A model generated the notes under the pieces. That model was not told where the DNA came from. It did no database searches and saw only the letters and a list, made by a program, of their open reading frames with translations. The position numbers were made by a program, and so were the translations under genes. A DNA stretch of 45,761 nt from a virus (Duplodnaviria; Caudoviricetes), in the IMG/VR virus record IMGVR_UViG_3300043406_000043, positions 1 to 45,761 of that record. One strand, given 5' to 3'. Below, in pieces: positions 43,549 through 45,761 of this stretch (position 1 is its first letter; each line of letters starts with the position of its first letter).

Positions 43549-43698
43549 ATGCCGACACTCACGATTGGGCACGCGCAGTACTGGCGCGGGACGGGTGGGG
43601 GCGCGCCTCCCCCGTCGTCCGTGCGTGGCGGCTATCCCGCGTGGCAGGCGTCCGTCGTCGCCATGCAAGTGCTTCTTCTGATCTTGCTGGGGCTCTAA
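43549..43698 (+). CDS. Small protein with hydrophobic C-terminus (49 aa)
   Basis: MPTLTIGHAQYWRGTGGG...VVAMQVLLLILLGL*; fills the gap between neighbours. Confidence 0.5.
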   Translation: MPTLTIGHAQYWRGTGGGAPPPSSVRGGYPAWQASVVAMQVLLLILLGL

Positions 43699-43701
43699 CC
43701 T

Positions 43702-44571
43702 ATGGCTACTTTCGTCAATGTGCCGGGGATGAACCCGAGCACGGTCGATTTCCGGCTCGCCACGATTCAGATCGCCCGCGGGTCCACGAACGAACTGCAG
43801 GAGATTGTCTGCCTCGGGGATCCGAACTCCTCGCTTGGGGTCGCGCAGATTCTCGCGGCTGCGCCGACCTCCACGGCCCACGGGCTGGTGGTCAGGATTG
43901 CCGGCGGGGCCTCGACCGCCACGGACCTCGCCGTGCGGGCGCTTCTGAGTTCCACGGGCGCGGACAACCCGGTCAGCATCGCGGTAGTCTCCACCACGTT
44001 TGCGAGTTCGGCGGGGTTCCACTTCGACTCGTCTGGCGCGATGCAGGTCACGATGGCGAACGGGTCCGCGGTGGACACCGACGACAACTCGGTGGCCGGC
44101 GGGCAGGCCAACGTCGCGGTAACGATCAGCGAGACGTACGGGTTTAACGGCTCCACGACGTGGCTGCGGGTCGAAGCCTCCACGGCGGCGATGGCACCAG
44201 GGGCGGCGGGCCTCGGGGTGCGGCAGGTGTTGCCGACGCTGAACAGCACCGCCAGCGCGGATGCCTTTGCGGCCTCCACCTCGTGGGTGGTCGCCACATC
44301 CAACGCGTCGGTGAAGACGAAGGTCTTTGCCTACTCGATCACGACGACCTGTGTCACCGCGACGAATCTCAAGTTCTACAACGGGGCCACGATGATGTGG
44401 CCGGTGGTGTTGCAGGCGATTTCGAGCGCGGTGAGTGGCGTGAATCTCGCCGTGAGCCCCCCGGCGTTCTTGTTCCAGAACTCCACCGGAGCGCCGATGA
44501 CGCTCCAAACCAGCGGATCCTCAGCGGGGCCTGCGTTCCATGTGGCGGTGTCCTACTTCCAGGAGCCGTAG
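43702..44571 (+). CDS. Ser/Thr/Ala-rich virion (fibre-like) protein
   Basis: 289 aa; 11 ST dipeptides. Confidence 0.7.
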   Translation: MATFVNVPGMNPSTVDFRLATIQIARGSTNELQEIVCLGDPNSSLGVAQILAAAPTSTAHGLVVRIAGGASTATDLAVRALLSSTGADNPVSIAVVSTTFASSAGFHFDSSGAMQVTMANGSAVDTDDNSVAGGQANVAVTISETYGFNGSTTWLRVEASTAAMAPGAAGLGVRQVLPTLNSTASADAFAASTSWVVATSNASVKTKVFAYSITTTCVTATNLKFYNGATMMWPVVLQAISSAVSGVNLAVSPPAFLFQNSTGAPMTLQTSGSSAGPAFHVAVSYFQEP

Positions 44572-45761
44572 TGGTCTACTCGGGGCGACTAGGGAAAACC
44601 GCACCGCTGGCGGTGCCTGGGGTCGAGAGTTCACCGGGGGCGTCGTACATCCTCGACGACTTTCAATCGCTGCGCGTGGTGCAACCCCTTGAGAGCGATC
44701 CGAAGTCTCGCTATCTCTGGAAGACGTTCAACTACAGCACCGGGGACGTGGTCGGGGTGTCGTCGAGTGTCACATTTGGCGGGCAGAACACGCTGTCCGC
44801 GTACTGGGACTCCGCCGGGGCGACTGGGGCCACTGCGAATCGTCGAAACTTTCAACTCTATTTCTATCCGCTCACGATTTACGACACCACGCACTTTCCC
44901 GACACGTACAACGGCTGGCATTTTGCCCACGAGTTCATCGTCCCGTTCGTGTTTTACCCCAACCCGATCTGGGCGGCGCAGTCCAACCTCGGTGGGTATG
45001 GCGTGGTCAACCGCTTCAAGTTCTGGATCAAGGTGCCGGTCAACACGCTCTCGGGGGGAGAAGGCGGGGCGTCGCATAACTTTGAGTTCGGCACCTTTCA
45101 CGGGTCGCAGACCATCTTTGACAACGGCAACGACGGGGTCAACTACGGATGGCACTTTTACCACTTCGCGGATCTCACGTATCGAGACGGGGTGTGGCAG
45201 CAAGTGATCATCGACACGCATCCCCAGCATCAAGTCGCCACGACGAACTACGAGCCAGAGGACGAGTTCAATCTCAAGCGGACCCAGACGGATGGGAATG
45301 GCAACACCATCGTGCTAGACACGCTCGAGCCGGCCTACACCTACATGGACGATCTGCGGGGGTTCTATCTCGACTTCCCCTATCTCGTGGACGCGTCAGG
45401 GTGGGGCGCAGACACGGTGCGGGTTGGACAGCCAGAGTTCTACGTGGAGACCAACGACGAAGACGTGCTGTACACCGCCTCGCTCAACGGGTCGTATCAG
45501 CCTGGGTCGAACACGTTCCACATTCAGTGGCAGCGGCATCGGTATGACACCGCGGCGGTCTGGGATGTGAAGTACGCGTGGTCGTCGATTCACACGAGCG
45601 GGTGGGCCGCGGGGACCGATGCGCCGAGCGGGCAAAACCTGACGGCTAACGCGAACTATGTCGGGATGAATTACACCACCACCGCAATTGATATTACCGG
45701 CCACGAGAACGATTCGCTCTGTGTGGCCATCCGGCGGCAGGGGCAGACGGCGTTCCGCCAG
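44571..45761 (+). CDS. Aromatic, beta-rich virion/receptor-binding-like protein (406 aa; continues to position 157 across the circular junction)
   Basis: GTG at 44571 with SD aggag; open for 397 codons to the window end; absent from the ORF track. Confidence 0.8.
   Translation, partial: MVYSGRLGKTAPLAVPGVESSPGASYILDDFQSLRVVQPLESDPKSRYLWKTFNYSTGDVVGVSSSVTFGGQNTLSAYWDSAGATGATANRRNFQLYFYPLTIYDTTHFPDTYNGWHFAHEFIVPFVFYPNPIWAAQSNLGGYGVVNRFKFWIKVPVNTLSGGEGGASHNFEFGTFHGSQTIFDNGNDGVNYGWHFYHFADLTYRDGVWQQVIIDTHPQHQVATTNYEPEDEFNLKRTQTDGNGNTIVLDTLEPAYTYMDDLRGFYLDFPYLVDASGWGADTVRVGQPEFYVETNDEDVLYTASLNGSYQPGSNTFHIQWQRHRYDTAAVWDVKYAWSSIHTSGWAAGTDAPSGQNLTANANYVGMNYTTTAIDITGHENDSLCVAIRRQGQTAFRQ
45635..45761. 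repeat. 127-bp terminal direct repeat (copy 2)
   Basis: Identical to 1-127. Confidence 0.97.

Noticed and set aside
41097-44571. NST motifs as N-glycosylation sequons
   Set aside because: They are a subset of the broader x-S-T excess, and no oligosaccharyltransferase or N-glycosyltransferase was recognised; O-linkage is the simpler reading.
1-45761. tRNA genes, integrase/att site, DNA or RNA polymerase, reverse transcriptase/DGR
   Set aside because: None recognised by eye; tRNAscan-SE and HMM searches are needed to exclude them formally.

Overview
This window is a complete, circularly permuted, high-GC tailed-phage genome of about 45,634 bp. The first and last 127 bp are identical, most likely an assembly overlap. 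Gene order is podovirus-like: terS-terL-portal-GroES-scaffold-decoration-major capsid-small virion proteins-adaptor-nozzle-internal (ejection) proteins-lysis. It also has a cI/cro/cII-like switch and an early replication and DNA-metabolism block, but no recognisable integrase. A PEP-CTERM protein implies a diderm host with an exosortase; Acidobacteriota is a guess. The most notable signal is a candidate self-contained virion glycosylation system with three parts. First, a sugar-nucleotide cluster sits inside the head operon (NeuB-like nonulosonate synthase, NeuA-like CMP-sugar synthetase, ColD-like PLP dehydratase, HxGH nucleotidyltransferase, cupin, two glycosyltransferase-like genes). Second, a Maf/sialyltransferase-like gene sits inside the tail operon. 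Third, exterior virion proteins show a strong, order-specific excess of Ser-Thr dipeptides, while the major capsid and internal proteins do not. Other signals include structured non-coding leaders (before an N-terminally truncated replication initiator and before the capsid genes), three apparently leaderless switch genes, a GroES with a roof insertion and a two-domain glycoside hydrolase. All family calls come from motif recognition by eye; no database searches were run.
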